From the IMG/VR virus record IMGVR_UViG_3300032431_000004, positions 10,824 through 74,823 of that record: DNA of 64,000 nt, one strand, 5' to 3'. The position numbers were made by a program, and so were the translations under genes. Each line of letters starts with the position of its first letter. The first letter of the stretch is position 1. Below are positions 29,238-38,246 of the stretch, piece by piece. The notes beneath the pieces were generated by a model that saw nothing but the letters and a program-made list of their open reading frames with translations, did no database searches and was not told the DNA's origin. This DNA comes from a virus.

Positions 29238-32200
29238 CGATGCTGTCGATCGTGATGCAAAGGCATTAGCGGAGAGCCTGAAACGGACGCTTGGCAGTAT
29301 CAAAATAAACAGTAAGCTAATCGATCTGGGCAATGCACCGGATGAGATTACGCGGCTAACTGCCAGCATTAAACAGCTTCAGTCAGCATCGGCAGATCCA
29401 AAGGCAGCTGCTCAGCTTCAAAAAGAAGCGCAGATCTTGCAAGAGCAGCTGCGCTATAAAAAAGAACTGGCTGCCATTGAGGGGGCGGGTTTTGGGACTG
29501 AAGATGCTGCAAATGCGCGGGCACTGGCGGCTGAACTTAGTAAGTTAAACCTCCAAAAGATTGCCTCTGACTTTGACAAGCTAGGGAACGCAGCGGCTAC
29601 GGCGGCGGCAAAGGCGAAGGCGATTGAAAACAGTAGCCAGAATACATCTGCGCTGGCGACATCGCTAAACCGTAGCTTCACAGCAGCTCAGCAGTTTGCA
29701 GGCGGGTTAGGGCTGACAGCTCAGAAGGCCAATGAAGCGATCGCCAAACTGAGGGAATTGGATACGGTTGGCGCTACCAATGCCCAAAAATTTGCGGTAT
29801 TGAACAAAGAGCTTGGCATCACGCAACAGCAATTTGGATCACTCAATAGTGCAGCACTGCAAACCAGGGAAGGGTTGACGGCAGTTGCAGGTGGTGCGGC
29901 TGCGATCGCGGCTGGCATTGCCGGGGTATTCGTTAAAGGCACTCAAGAATTTTTAGCATTTGACAATGCAATCCGTCAGTCTGGCGTCATTAGTGGGAGT
30001 CTAGGGACACCTCAGTTTGAAGCGCTAAGGGCAGAAGTTGAGCGGTTAGGGATCGCAACGACAAAGACCCCGGCTCAAATTGCTGAAATGAGTATCAGCC
30101 TTAGCCGCGCTGGCTTCACTGCTGAAGAAACGTCTGTGGCGCTTGCGGGGATTGTTCAAGCTTCAGAAGCTACCGGGGAGAACCTTGAGGTCGTTGGCGA
30201 TATTATTTCAAGGACAGTACGGACGTTTAGCAAAGATATTGGGGAAACGCAAGATGTAGCCGACTTGCTAGTTCAAACGGCTAACTCTACAAATACCTCT
30301 GTCCGGAGTCTAGGGGAATCCCTCTCCTATGTGGGAACTTCTGCGGCAACCAGCAACCAGCCGTTAGACGATACGTTAATTCTTTTGGGTCTGCTAGGGG
30401 ATGTTGGACTAACCGGAAGTGCAGCCGGAACAACACTTGCAGAAACGATAGAAAGGCTTAAAATTGCTAGCGCCGGTGCGGAAACTGAGTTCAGCGGATT
30501 GGTGCGAGGAAGCGCAAAGGCGTCGCAGGCTTTTAACGTTATTGGAGCTTCAGCACGAAATACAGACGGCAGCATGAAGTCGGTGCTTGAAATCTTGCCT
30601 GAGATAAAAGCTAATTTAGCTGGCTTATCTCAGGTTGATCGGGATGTTGTCACAAAAGCGTTATTTGGGACTCAAGGGGCTAGAACTGTCAATGCGTTTC
30701 TTGCAGCCACTCCTGAACGCATCGCGGCTGTAACAGAAGAAGTCAAGAACTACAGCGGGGCATCCGCTAACGCCAGCGAAGAACTAAGACAGGGACTAGG
30801 AGGGGCAATCAATCTATTTACAGGCTCCCTCAGTGCAGCGGCTACAGAAGCGGGGCAATTTGTAGCAGTAGGTTTAGAGCCTGTAGTCAGGGCGGCAACT
30901 GGACTTCTAAATACGTTCCTTGGACTGCCAGCGCCCATCCAAGGATTTATCCTTGCCACTACCGCGCTGACAGGCGCGATCGCCGCTGCTGTTGCGGTTA
31001 TTGCCACCTATCAGCTGCTAAATATCCAGCTATTAGCAGTGCAGGCCGCAGAAACCTTAGCGATGATTGCAACTACAATTGCTACGAAAGGGGCGACGGC
31101 GGCGCAGCTGCTTTTTAATACTCAGATATCAATCACGCAGGCTAGGTTGATTGCTACTAGGGCAGCTTTGGCTGTAGGAGCGATCGCAAAATTAGCTTTT
31201 GCGGCAGCAACCGGTGGAGCTGCTGGGGCAATGGGAGCCTTTGCCGCTTCACTTGCTGCTGTAGCGCCTTTACTGATCGTGATAGCGGCTGGCATTGCTG
31301 GCATTAAGTTTGCTCAGTATGCCAATGAATTAAGAGAAGCTAACGACGCGATCGCCCAATCGTCAACATCAGTAGAATCTGCCAGCACAGAAGCATTCGC
31401 CGCAGCAAATCGCACTAAGGCAGCTACCGACAAATTAAATGAAGCAAGGTTGTCGGGGCAATCGGTTACCCAAAGCGAACTGGACGACGCAAAGAAGCTG
31501 ACTGAAGCCAATGACGCCAGACTAAAGGGACTGCAGGAACAGCTTAAGCAGGTTGAAGCGATCTCCGTAGCCGGTGGGAGTGACGAGCAAAAAGCCAGTC
31601 AAGACGCGCTGACACAAACCATTAAAACTAGTATTGGGGCGCTTGAAGGGCAAAACAAAAAGCTAAAAGAATCGATCGGGTTAAGGGAAGGAGTTACTGA
31701 TAGCATCGAAAGCCTGTCAGCAGGGTATGACGAACAACTTTCTGAACTTGAAAGGTTCAATCAGCAGAGAGAGCTTAGCGCTACCGAAGCCTTAGCCGCT
31801 GGCAATATCACAGAAGAGAAAGCCCGCGCTGACAACCTTATTGCTGAGCAGAATTATTTATCGCAGCGGATCGCGCTAAACGAATCAAAGCTTGCTGAGT
31901 TAGAAGCTGCTAGAGGCTCCGCAACTGACGCAGAATCACTCAAAAAAGCAGGTGAAGAAATTGTAAAAGTTGAAGCAACTATCGCGGGCGATCGCCTGAA
32001 GGTTGCTCAAAACTCATTGGCGGAAAGGCGGCGGCTGCAAGAGGAAGAGGTGAAGGAATTGGCGATCGCTGAAACCGAAGCTCAAACAGCGATCGCAACC
32101 GCACGAGCGTCTGGCAGCATCACCGATGGAGAAGCTAACATTCGTAGGCTAGCGGCAACACGCGATCGCATTGCTGGTGAGCTAGCCCTTGAAATAAAAG

Positions 32201-33807
32201 GCTCGGCAGATAAACAAAAGATTGCTCAACTTGAATTGCAATTAGTTGAGAACGCAGCGGCACAACAAGAGGCTGTTGAGGCTGAATCCCTGAACCGCAT
32301 TGCCAAAGCGACCCAGGAAGCTAACCGGCAGATTGAAGCATCGCAGAACGAACGGATTGCAGCCGTCAAGCAAGCTCAATTAGATGGCGTTGCTACTGAG
32401 GAGGAAGCTGCTAGGCAGATTGCTGACATCCAACGCAGCGGCACCGGGGAAAAGGTACAGGCAGTTGAGGATGAACTAGCAGCCCTAAGGGCGGCGCGGG
32501 CGGCGGGTACTGTTGATACTGAAACCGGAGCTGAAAAGGAAGCTGAGTTGATTCAGCAACTAGGCCAGCTCAGCCTACAGCGATTAGATGACGAACTGGC
32601 TGCCAGAAAGGCTGTGCAGGAAGAGGCGATCGCAGCCATCCAACGGGAACTAGCCGCAAGCGATCGCGCTGCTGGACGCAAGATAGCAGGGCTAGAGCGG
32701 CAGGTAGCGGCGCAACAGCAGGTAGAGGCATCGTTACAGCGTCAGTCTGATTTACTGTCGTCTCAGGCCAGCCTATCGCAAGCACTGAGCAATCTAGACC
32801 AGGTGCGATCGCAATCCTCAGTTGATAGATTCAGCCGTGCGCTTGAAATCCAGCAACGGCTCAATAGTGGAGAAGTAGAATCGGCACAGGTACAGCGGGC
32901 ATTGCAGCAAGAACTATCGGGGCTAGGGGTTAGCCGTGGAGCAAGTGAGCTGAGCATTATTCGCCAGCGTCAAGCTGAAGAGGATCGGCTTGCTGCAATC
33001 CAACGGGTTGCCCTTTCTGCTAGACAGACTCAGGAACGGGCATCACTTGAGCTTGAAACTAGACGCAATCAGCTGGTATCGCAACGTGCGGTTGTGGAGT
33101 CGCAGATCGCTGAAATTCAGGCACGGCAGAATCAAAATACTGCACAGGCATCGTTAAGGGAAGCACAGGTAACAGGCAATGCTGACCAGATAGCGGCGGC
33201 ACAAGCTGATGTCGAATTAGCGCAGCAGTCTACCGACCTAGCAGGTCAATCACGGCTGATTGCTCAAGAGAATGCTACAGCACAAGCCGCGATCGCTACC
33301 AATGCCAATGCTGCCTTACTCGCTCAACAAGCGGCTGAGTTGGTGCAAACTAGGGCAGCTGAGCAAGCAAGGCAATATGCTCAAGCATTGGCAGCGGCAG
33401 AGGCAAGTAGCGCAGGTATCGCTAGGAATCTAAGCGGCGGCACACCACAGGCACGGCGCGATGGTGGTGGCGTGAAAGCTGGCGCTCCTTACTTGGTTGG
33501 GGAAGCTGGCCCTGAGCTGATTACCCCTAGGCGTAGCGGATGGGTGTGGACGGCGCAACAAACTGCTGAAATGCTAAAGGCAAGTGTACCCAAAAGTTTT
33601 ACAGGCGGGGTAGCGATCGCGCCTGCGTCTAACCCAACATTGCCACTGCTCAAAGAAATTAGAGGGCTGCGAGCTGACCTAAAAGCGTTAGATCGCCCAC
33701 AACAAAACAATAACTTCACATTGGTAAACGAAGAAGACCCGTACGACAAAGTGGTCAAGACCGCCAGTGCATTGCTGAGGGGGCGGATTCAGAGCTTGGG
33801 GTTGTGA
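29194..33807 (+). CDS. Tail tape measure protein (TP901-type core)
   Basis: 1537 aa Ala/Gln-rich coiled coil, TTKTPAQIAE...L.RAG core, hydrophobic segment, C-terminal YLVGEAGPEL. Confidence 0.95.
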   Translation: MVANTTAVIRLSLNSDAVDRDAKALAESLKRTLGSIKINSKLIDLGNAPDEITRLTASIKQLQSASADPKAAAQLQKEAQILQEQLRYKKELAAIEGAGFGTEDAANARALAAELSKLNLQKIASDFDKLGNAAATAAAKAKAIENSSQNTSALATSLNRSFTAAQQFAGGLGLTAQKANEAIAKLRELDTVGATNAQKFAVLNKELGITQQQFGSLNSAALQTREGLTAVAGGAAAIAAGIAGVFVKGTQEFLAFDNAIRQSGVISGSLGTPQFEALRAEVERLGIATTKTPAQIAEMSISLSRAGFTAEETSVALAGIVQASEATGENLEVVGDIISRTVRTFSKDIGETQDVADLLVQTANSTNTSVRSLGESLSYVGTSAATSNQPLDDTLILLGLLGDVGLTGSAAGTTLAETIERLKIASAGAETEFSGLVRGSAKASQAFNVIGASARNTDGSMKSVLEILPEIKANLAGLSQVDRDVVTKALFGTQGARTVNAFLAATPERIAAVTEEVKNYSGASANASEELRQGLGGAINLFTGSLSAAATEAGQFVAVGLEPVVRAATGLLNTFLGLPAPIQGFILATTALTGAIAAAVAVIATYQLLNIQLLAVQAAETLAMIATTIATKGATAAQLLFNTQISITQARLIATRAALAVGAIAKLAFAAATGGAAGAMGAFAASLAAVAPLLIVIAAGIAGIKFAQYANELREANDAIAQSSTSVESASTEAFAAANRTKAATDKLNEARLSGQSVTQSELDDAKKLTEANDARLKGLQEQLKQVEAISVAGGSDEQKASQDALTQTIKTSIGALEGQNKKLKESIGLREGVTDSIESLSAGYDEQLSELERFNQQRELSATEALAAGNITEEKARADNLIAEQNYLSQRIALNESKLAELEAARGSATDAESLKKAGEEIVKVEATIAGDRLKVAQNSLAERRRLQEEEVKELAIAETEAQTAIATARASGSITDGEANIRRLAATRDRIAGELALEIKGSADKQKIAQLELQLVENAAAQQEAVEAESLNRIAKATQEANRQIEASQNERIAAVKQAQLDGVATEEEAARQIADIQRSGTGEKVQAVEDELAALRAARAAGTVDTETGAEKEAELIQQLGQLSLQRLDDELAARKAVQEEAIAAIQRELAASDRAAGRKIAGLERQVAAQQQVEASLQRQSDLLSSQASLSQALSNLDQVRSQSSVDRFSRALEIQQRLNSGEVESAQVQRALQQELSGLGVSRGASELSIIRQRQAEEDRLAAIQRVALSARQTQERASLELETRRNQLVSQRAVVESQIAEIQARQNQNTAQASLREAQVTGNADQIAAAQADVELAQQSTDLAGQSRLIAQENATAQAAIATNANAALLAQQAAELVQTRAAEQARQYAQALAAAEASSAGIARNLSGGTPQARRDGGGVKAGAPYLVGEAGPELITPRRSGWVWTAQQTAEMLKASVPKSFTGGVAIAPASNPTLPLLKEIRGLRADLKALDRPQQNNNFTLVNEEDPYDKVVKTASALLRGRIQSLGL

Positions 33808-33865
33808 AGGCGACGAAACTTGCGATCGTCCCTTTGCTACTTACTCGTAAACTAGTAGAATAAAT

Positions 33866-33933
33866 AAACACGATGGGTATCGAACAACCTCGCCAACGCG
33901 AGGCTACGGCGTAAGCCTAGACCCATCGTGTTT
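33866..33933 (+). ncRNA. Candidate small structured RNA/leader
   Basis: 13-bp closing stem aaacacgatgggt/acccatcgtgttt with internal hairpin cctcgc-caac-gcgagg; TTGCTA-16-TAGAAT upstream. Confidence 0.35.
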
Positions 33934-34088
33934 GTGTTTTTATAACTAATTGAACCAATCTTCAGTAAAAAACGGGTGTTCGATGGCCAGGGCTGAATCC
34001 TCATTGGTAAAGGGTTTTAGTGTTTTATTGGTCACGATTTTGGCTGTTCATTGGCCACGCACTTCCACCCATTTTGGTAGGCAAAGAA

Positions 34089-34293
34089 ATGGCCTCTTTT
34101 GACTCAACTTGTGGCAGCGCGGCGATCGCAATTAATATCGGCTAAATTGAGGCAACCCCTAGCCCCAAAAGATATGAAACTTGCGATCGCACGTCAGCTA
34201 GCACCGGGCGGCGTTACACAGATTGAGTGGCCTGTCGATATTCAGCCGCAAACCGGGACGGCGATCGCGCTTGATTCGGTTGAGGTCTGGTAG
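34089..34293 (+). CDS. Small tail-associated ORF (TTG start at 34099, or +1 frameshift after ATG 34089)
   Basis: ATG GCC TCT TTT GAC: one extra T separates MAS from LTQLVAARRS. Confidence 0.4.
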
Positions 34294-34300
34294 GGCGATG

Positions 34301-34510
34301 TTTAAAGTAGAAACCCCCTAACTTCACTGCTAGGGGGTTTCTTTGATGAGTTGAGTTGAAGAGAGTGGAGAAGAGCTGAGTCGGGCTGAGGCGCGTCGTT
34401 CCCTTAATATAGCAAAACCCCCAGCCGTTAAGCCAGGGGTTCTTTGATGAGACGAAACGTGATGAGCCGAGAGGAGTCGAGGAGAGTCGAGCAGAGAGGA
34501 GCCGTTCCCC
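34301..34510 (-). repeat. Two tandem units: pentamer (GAGNN)n array + terminator hairpin
   Basis: Hairpin-ctttgat-(gagNN)n-cgttccc at 34310-34403 and 34413-34509. Confidence 0.75.
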
Positions 34511-34526
34511 TATCCTACCTTAAACA

Positions 34527-35297
34527 TCAGGTCAGATCCATTTCCATCTGCCAGCCATCACCATAGAATTCATTGCACAATGCCCTGAAATTATCCTTTG
34601 ACCCTCTAGACAGCCCCATGAAGGTGTCTAGCCTGACCACGTGGGGAGCAAGCCTATCACGGATCTCTTCTGGTAGGAATTGGTGAATCTTGTGCCTGCG
34701 AATCCCATTCTGAGGAGGGTTTAGCTGGTTGATTTTTGCCTTTTCTTCAGCCGTCATCCAACTGTAGACAAACTTCCAATAGCCACTGCCGCCAAACCAG
34801 CCAAAAAACGGACGGCAAAATTTAGGATCAAAGAAGATCTCCCACGGCGCGGCTTCATCCAAGATGCGATCGATTGACCGATGCGATTCTGGGGCTGATA
34901 TGTACCGCTCTGGTAACCATCCCGTCTGAGTTTGGATGTAGGAGGTCAAGCCAATGTTGACAGTCGCAGGCAGAACGTCTTGAGCCTTTTCCCTTCCCTC
35001 AAACGCATAGTGTTGGATGACTGCCGCGCAAAAGTCTGACGGCCAAGCGCTGATTTTCCCACCATTCTTTGCGAACTTGGTACGCAGGTCTAAAGCTTTG
35101 CCTGTAAACGGTTCTAGAGATCTAGATACCTTTTTGGTACGCAGCGATTCTAGGAGTTTTCGGATGCTCCCTTCACTAACTCCACAGGCTCTAGCTATAC
35201 CCCGCTGGCTCATGAAGGAAGCCCCGGTAGCTACAACCGTAAAATACTCAACACCATTGATTTCTGATTTCAAAAACTCTAAGCTTGTTACAGCCAT
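34527..35297 (-). CDS. Antirepressor-like DNA-binding protein (P63C-like C-terminus)
   Basis: NGVEYFT..MSQRGIARACG HTH; W...F...F, R.HKIHQFL. Confidence 0.65.
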   Translation of the reverse strand: MAVTSLEFLKSEINGVEYFTVVATGASFMSQRGIARACGVSEGSIRKLLESLRTKKVSRSLEPFTGKALDLRTKFAKNGGKISAWPSDFCAAVIQHYAFEGREKAQDVLPATVNIGLTSYIQTQTGWLPERYISAPESHRSIDRILDEAAPWEIFFDPKFCRPFFGWFGGSGYWKFVYSWMTAEEKAKINQLNPPQNGIRRHKIHQFLPEEIRDRLAPHVVRLDTFMGLSRGSKDNFRALCNEFYGDGWQMEMDLT

Positions 35298-35437
35298 CGG
35301 TCTACCTCTACTAGATTGTGGTCAGCGATCGCACCAAGGTAACAACTCAGTGCGATCGCGCTTCTCTAATTATATGCTGAAATCTCCCTCTGGCATTACC
35401 GCTAGGGGGATTTCTACTTTAAAGCCAATTACCCTCT

Positions 35438-35739
35438 AAAAACAGGCAGTGTCTACATGACAGTCAACAAATTGGCAACACACTTAAAGCCTTGGTATAT
35501 ATAGGTTAGATGCCTGCCGTCGCACCGTCACAGACTTTTCTGATTTCAAAATAGAACAGGATTTAGAGTTATTAATTCAGTAAAATAAATATCTAATCCT
35601 CTTAGAGGTAATCCTTGGCAGCAAACCTAAAACTACTAGATGCCAGTGACGCTGCGACGGGAGGCATCAAGCCTGTGCTGAGTATGGGTTTAACCCTGTT
35701 GCCAAATCCATGACAGTCAACATGACACTGCCCCCTTTT
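35438..35739 (-). repeat. Palindromic dispersed element, copy 6 (full, inverted)
   Basis: Same arms; centre reversed (gatttcaaaatag...aaacctaaaactactaga). Confidence 0.95.
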
Positions 35740-35829
35740 AGCCAAAATGCGATCTGCAAACAGCGCTTCGCGATCGCCCATAGCCTCCAACTGGAATATA
35801 GTGGAAAGCGATCGCGCTTTTGAGGCAAC

Positions 35830-36336
35830 ATGGCACGCTGGCAAGTCAGGATTAGGCAACCCGCATCGGCCACCCCGGTCATCCCTGAACTGGTGTTGGA
35901 CACTTTTGGGGAAGATGGCTATAACCGATCGCAGATTCAGCAGGTGAACCTCAGAGACTTCACGGTTGGCGGATCAGCCATCATCAGCGGTGCCACGTAT
36001 CCCTATCGCTACACATGGGCGATCGCGTGTCAGGTTTCAGAAGATGACGCGCTGCAATTGGAGGCGCTGGTAATTTGGCAAGACAAGCGATATGCCGCAG
36101 GGTTAGACGGGCGACTGAGGTTGATAGATGAGGTAGAGCTTTTGCCACCAGAAGCCGCGCCACATTCCAAAACGCTCATTGCTCCTGAAACGAATTCCTA
36201 TGGGTTTCTCCGTGGGTTTGGCAGCTTCAATGTGAAAATAAGCCTACCTGATAGCCACAAGACTCATGTGGGGAGAAGTGCTGAGGATGGCCTACCAGTG
36301 AAGCTGCTTCAGTTCAGTGCGGTAGAGTTGCCCTGA
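35830..36336 (+). CDS. Distal tail (Dit)-like protein
   Basis: Position after TMP, size, beta-rich. Confidence 0.5.
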   Translation: MARWQVRIRQPASATPVIPELVLDTFGEDGYNRSQIQQVNLRDFTVGGSAIISGATYPYRYTWAIACQVSEDDALQLEALVIWQDKRYAAGLDGRLRLIDEVELLPPEAAPHSKTLIAPETNSYGFLRGFGSFNVKISLPDSHKTHVGRSAEDGLPVKLLQFSAVELP

Positions 36337-36376
36337 TGGGCTATTGTGAATAGGAATTTAATGAGGTTTTCTATAT

Positions 36377-37003
36377 ATGCTGAGTAGTCCTGAAAATATT
36401 CAAACGACTGAGGAATGGATCGCTCAACTCTCAGAGGCTACCGGGAAGAGCTTTGAGATAGTGGGAGATATTCTCTTAAGGACGATGCGGACGTTTTACA
36501 AAGAAATTGGAGAAACCTATTTACTAGCTGATCAGCTAGTTGCGGTGATCAGCTCAACCAATACCTCAATCTTAGGATTGGGTGAGTCCTTAGCTTTCGT
36601 AGGGCCGATTGCTGCCCTTATGAACCAGCCACTAGATGACGTTCTAATCCTGCTAGGTCTGCTGGGAGATGCTGGCATTGAGGGGAGTATGGCGGGCATA
36701 GGCTTGATGGCTGTCTTAAATCGACTTCAAGTTACGTCGGCAGCGGCAGAACCAGAATCCATTAAGAGAACTTTTGATATCGTCAGCGCTTCTGCCAAGA
36801 ATAGCGACGGATCAATGAGATCCGTTTTAGAAATACTTCCAGAGCTTCGGGGAAGCATTGGCAAGCTATGGCAAGCTGAGCAAGGCATTTTGATGGAGGC
36901 ATTGTTTGGGGTAGAAGGCGCACCAGTTTTTCAGGCATTGTTCAATACAACTCCAGAACATGTCGCGATCGTTACCAGTCGAGTCAAGAGCGCTGGCAGG
37001 TAG
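36377..37003 (+). CDS. Stand-alone paralog of the tape measure core domain
   Basis: SEATG..E.VGDI..RT.RTF, STNTS...LGESL, NQPLDD.LILLGLLGD, DGSM.SVLEILPE, ALFG match TMP 30163-30747. Confidence 0.85.
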   Translation: MLSSPENIQTTEEWIAQLSEATGKSFEIVGDILLRTMRTFYKEIGETYLLADQLVAVISSTNTSILGLGESLAFVGPIAALMNQPLDDVLILLGLLGDAGIEGSMAGIGLMAVLNRLQVTSAAAEPESIKRTFDIVSASAKNSDGSMRSVLEILPELRGSIGKLWQAEQGILMEALFGVEGAPVFQALFNTTPEHVAIVTSRVKSAGR

Positions 37004-37070
37004 CCGCACCTGAACACCGAAGGAGAGTAGTGGGTTATTCTGAATGGAAATTTAACGAGGTTTCTTACGT

Positions 37071-37466
37071 ATGCTGAGCAGTTCTGGAGAGAATTTAGAC
37101 GCCGCTGAAATGGTCGTTGCCAGTCAGATCAGGATAGTAGATGAGCTACAGCAAAAAGCGATCGCAGATCCGCTGAATATTAATATTGCCACAGCTTTGA
37201 GCGCCCATTCTGCTACGCTCTCTTCGCTGTGGAGCATGATTTTTGTTAGGGGGGAGGAACTGGCGATGGAGCTGAGTAATGAGGGTTATCCCTTGGCAGA
37301 AGCCCCGAGACTAAATGGCGAGGTTCTACAATCACGGAGCGATGGCGGTTCAATACCTGCGGACTTCCCTCTCAGGCTAGGAGAGTCTGGCCCCGAGTTA
37401 TTCTATCCTTGGGAGCGCTTATCTACTGGTGAAATTGGCATTGTCAAAAATATTTCATGGGGCTAA
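37071..37466 (+). CDS. Protein with TMP C-terminal motif; leader shared with 36377
   Basis: RSDGGSI...LGESGPELFYP vs TMP RRDGGGV...VGEAGPELITP. Confidence 0.65.
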   Translation: MLSSSGENLDAAEMVVASQIRIVDELQQKAIADPLNINIATALSAHSATLSSLWSMIFVRGEELAMELSNEGYPLAEAPRLNGEVLQSRSDGGSIPADFPLRLGESGPELFYPWERLSTGEIGIVKNISWG

Positions 37467-37710
37467 ACCGATGGGTATCGAAAACACAAGCAAGCCGACA
37501 GGTGAAAACGATCGCATTTGGAGAGGCCACATCGTTAGCCTAGGCAAGGAATATCAGCGCTGTGAGTCTTCAGGCGCAAGGGATATTTGGTATTGGCGGT
37601 TCGTTTTAGACGTTGCCACTTGGGCACTTGACCAATGCAATAAGCGATTGAGCGCACCGGTACTCAGAACATGGCATTATCAAAAAGAATTGAAACGCGA
37701 TCGCACATGA
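37451..37710 (+). CDS. Hypothetical protein
   Basis: In-operon ORF, ATGA coupling downstream; start uncertain. Confidence 0.45.
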
Positions 37711-38246
37711 AATATTTTCTTGACACCGAATTTATTGAAGACGGCACCACTATTGACTTGATCAGCATTGGTCTGGTGTGTGAGGACGGGCGGGAATTCT
37801 ACGCCGAAAACTCTAGCGCCGACCTTTCAAAGGCTGGGGAATGGGTGGAAGCGAATGTGTTGCCGTTGCTTTGGTCTAGAAGCGCAGACAAGGAAAAAGC
37901 AAGCCTGTGGAGCCGTGATGGCGTGGCTGGCGGATTGCTGACCCACAAAGAGATAGGCTCGGCAATTCGGCTGTTCATACCGGAAGATGACAAGCCTGAG
38001 TTTTGGGCTTATTACGCAGACTATGACTGGGTAGCCTTTTGCCAGCTATTCGGAACAATGATGGATTTGCCAGATGGATTTCCTATGTACTGTCGCGATA
38101 TCAAGCAATGGTGCGACCAGCTTGGCAGCCCTGATCTGCCTAAGCAGGATGGGACAGAACACAATGCTCTTGAGGATGCCCAGTGGACATTAGAGGCTTG
38201 GGAATTCTTGAACGCAATTGACCTAACCCCTAATGTCACTCCTTAA
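37707..38246 (+). CDS. DEDDh 3'-5' exonuclease (DUF5051/Rv2179c-like)
   Basis: FLDTEF, DLISIGLV, YADYDWV, HNALEDA. Confidence 0.88.
   Translation: MKYFLDTEFIEDGTTIDLISIGLVCEDGREFYAENSSADLSKAGEWVEANVLPLLWSRSADKEKASLWSRDGVAGGLLTHKEIGSAIRLFIPEDDKPEFWAYYADYDWVAFCQLFGTMMDLPDGFPMYCRDIKQWCDQLGSPDLPKQDGTEHNALEDAQWTLEAWEFLNAIDLTPNVTP

Noticed and set aside
33866-33933. c-di-GMP-I riboswitch or hammerhead ribozyme
   Set aside because: Only partial resemblance (acgc..gctacgg..taag); lacks the GAAA tetraloop/receptor and CUGAUGA core
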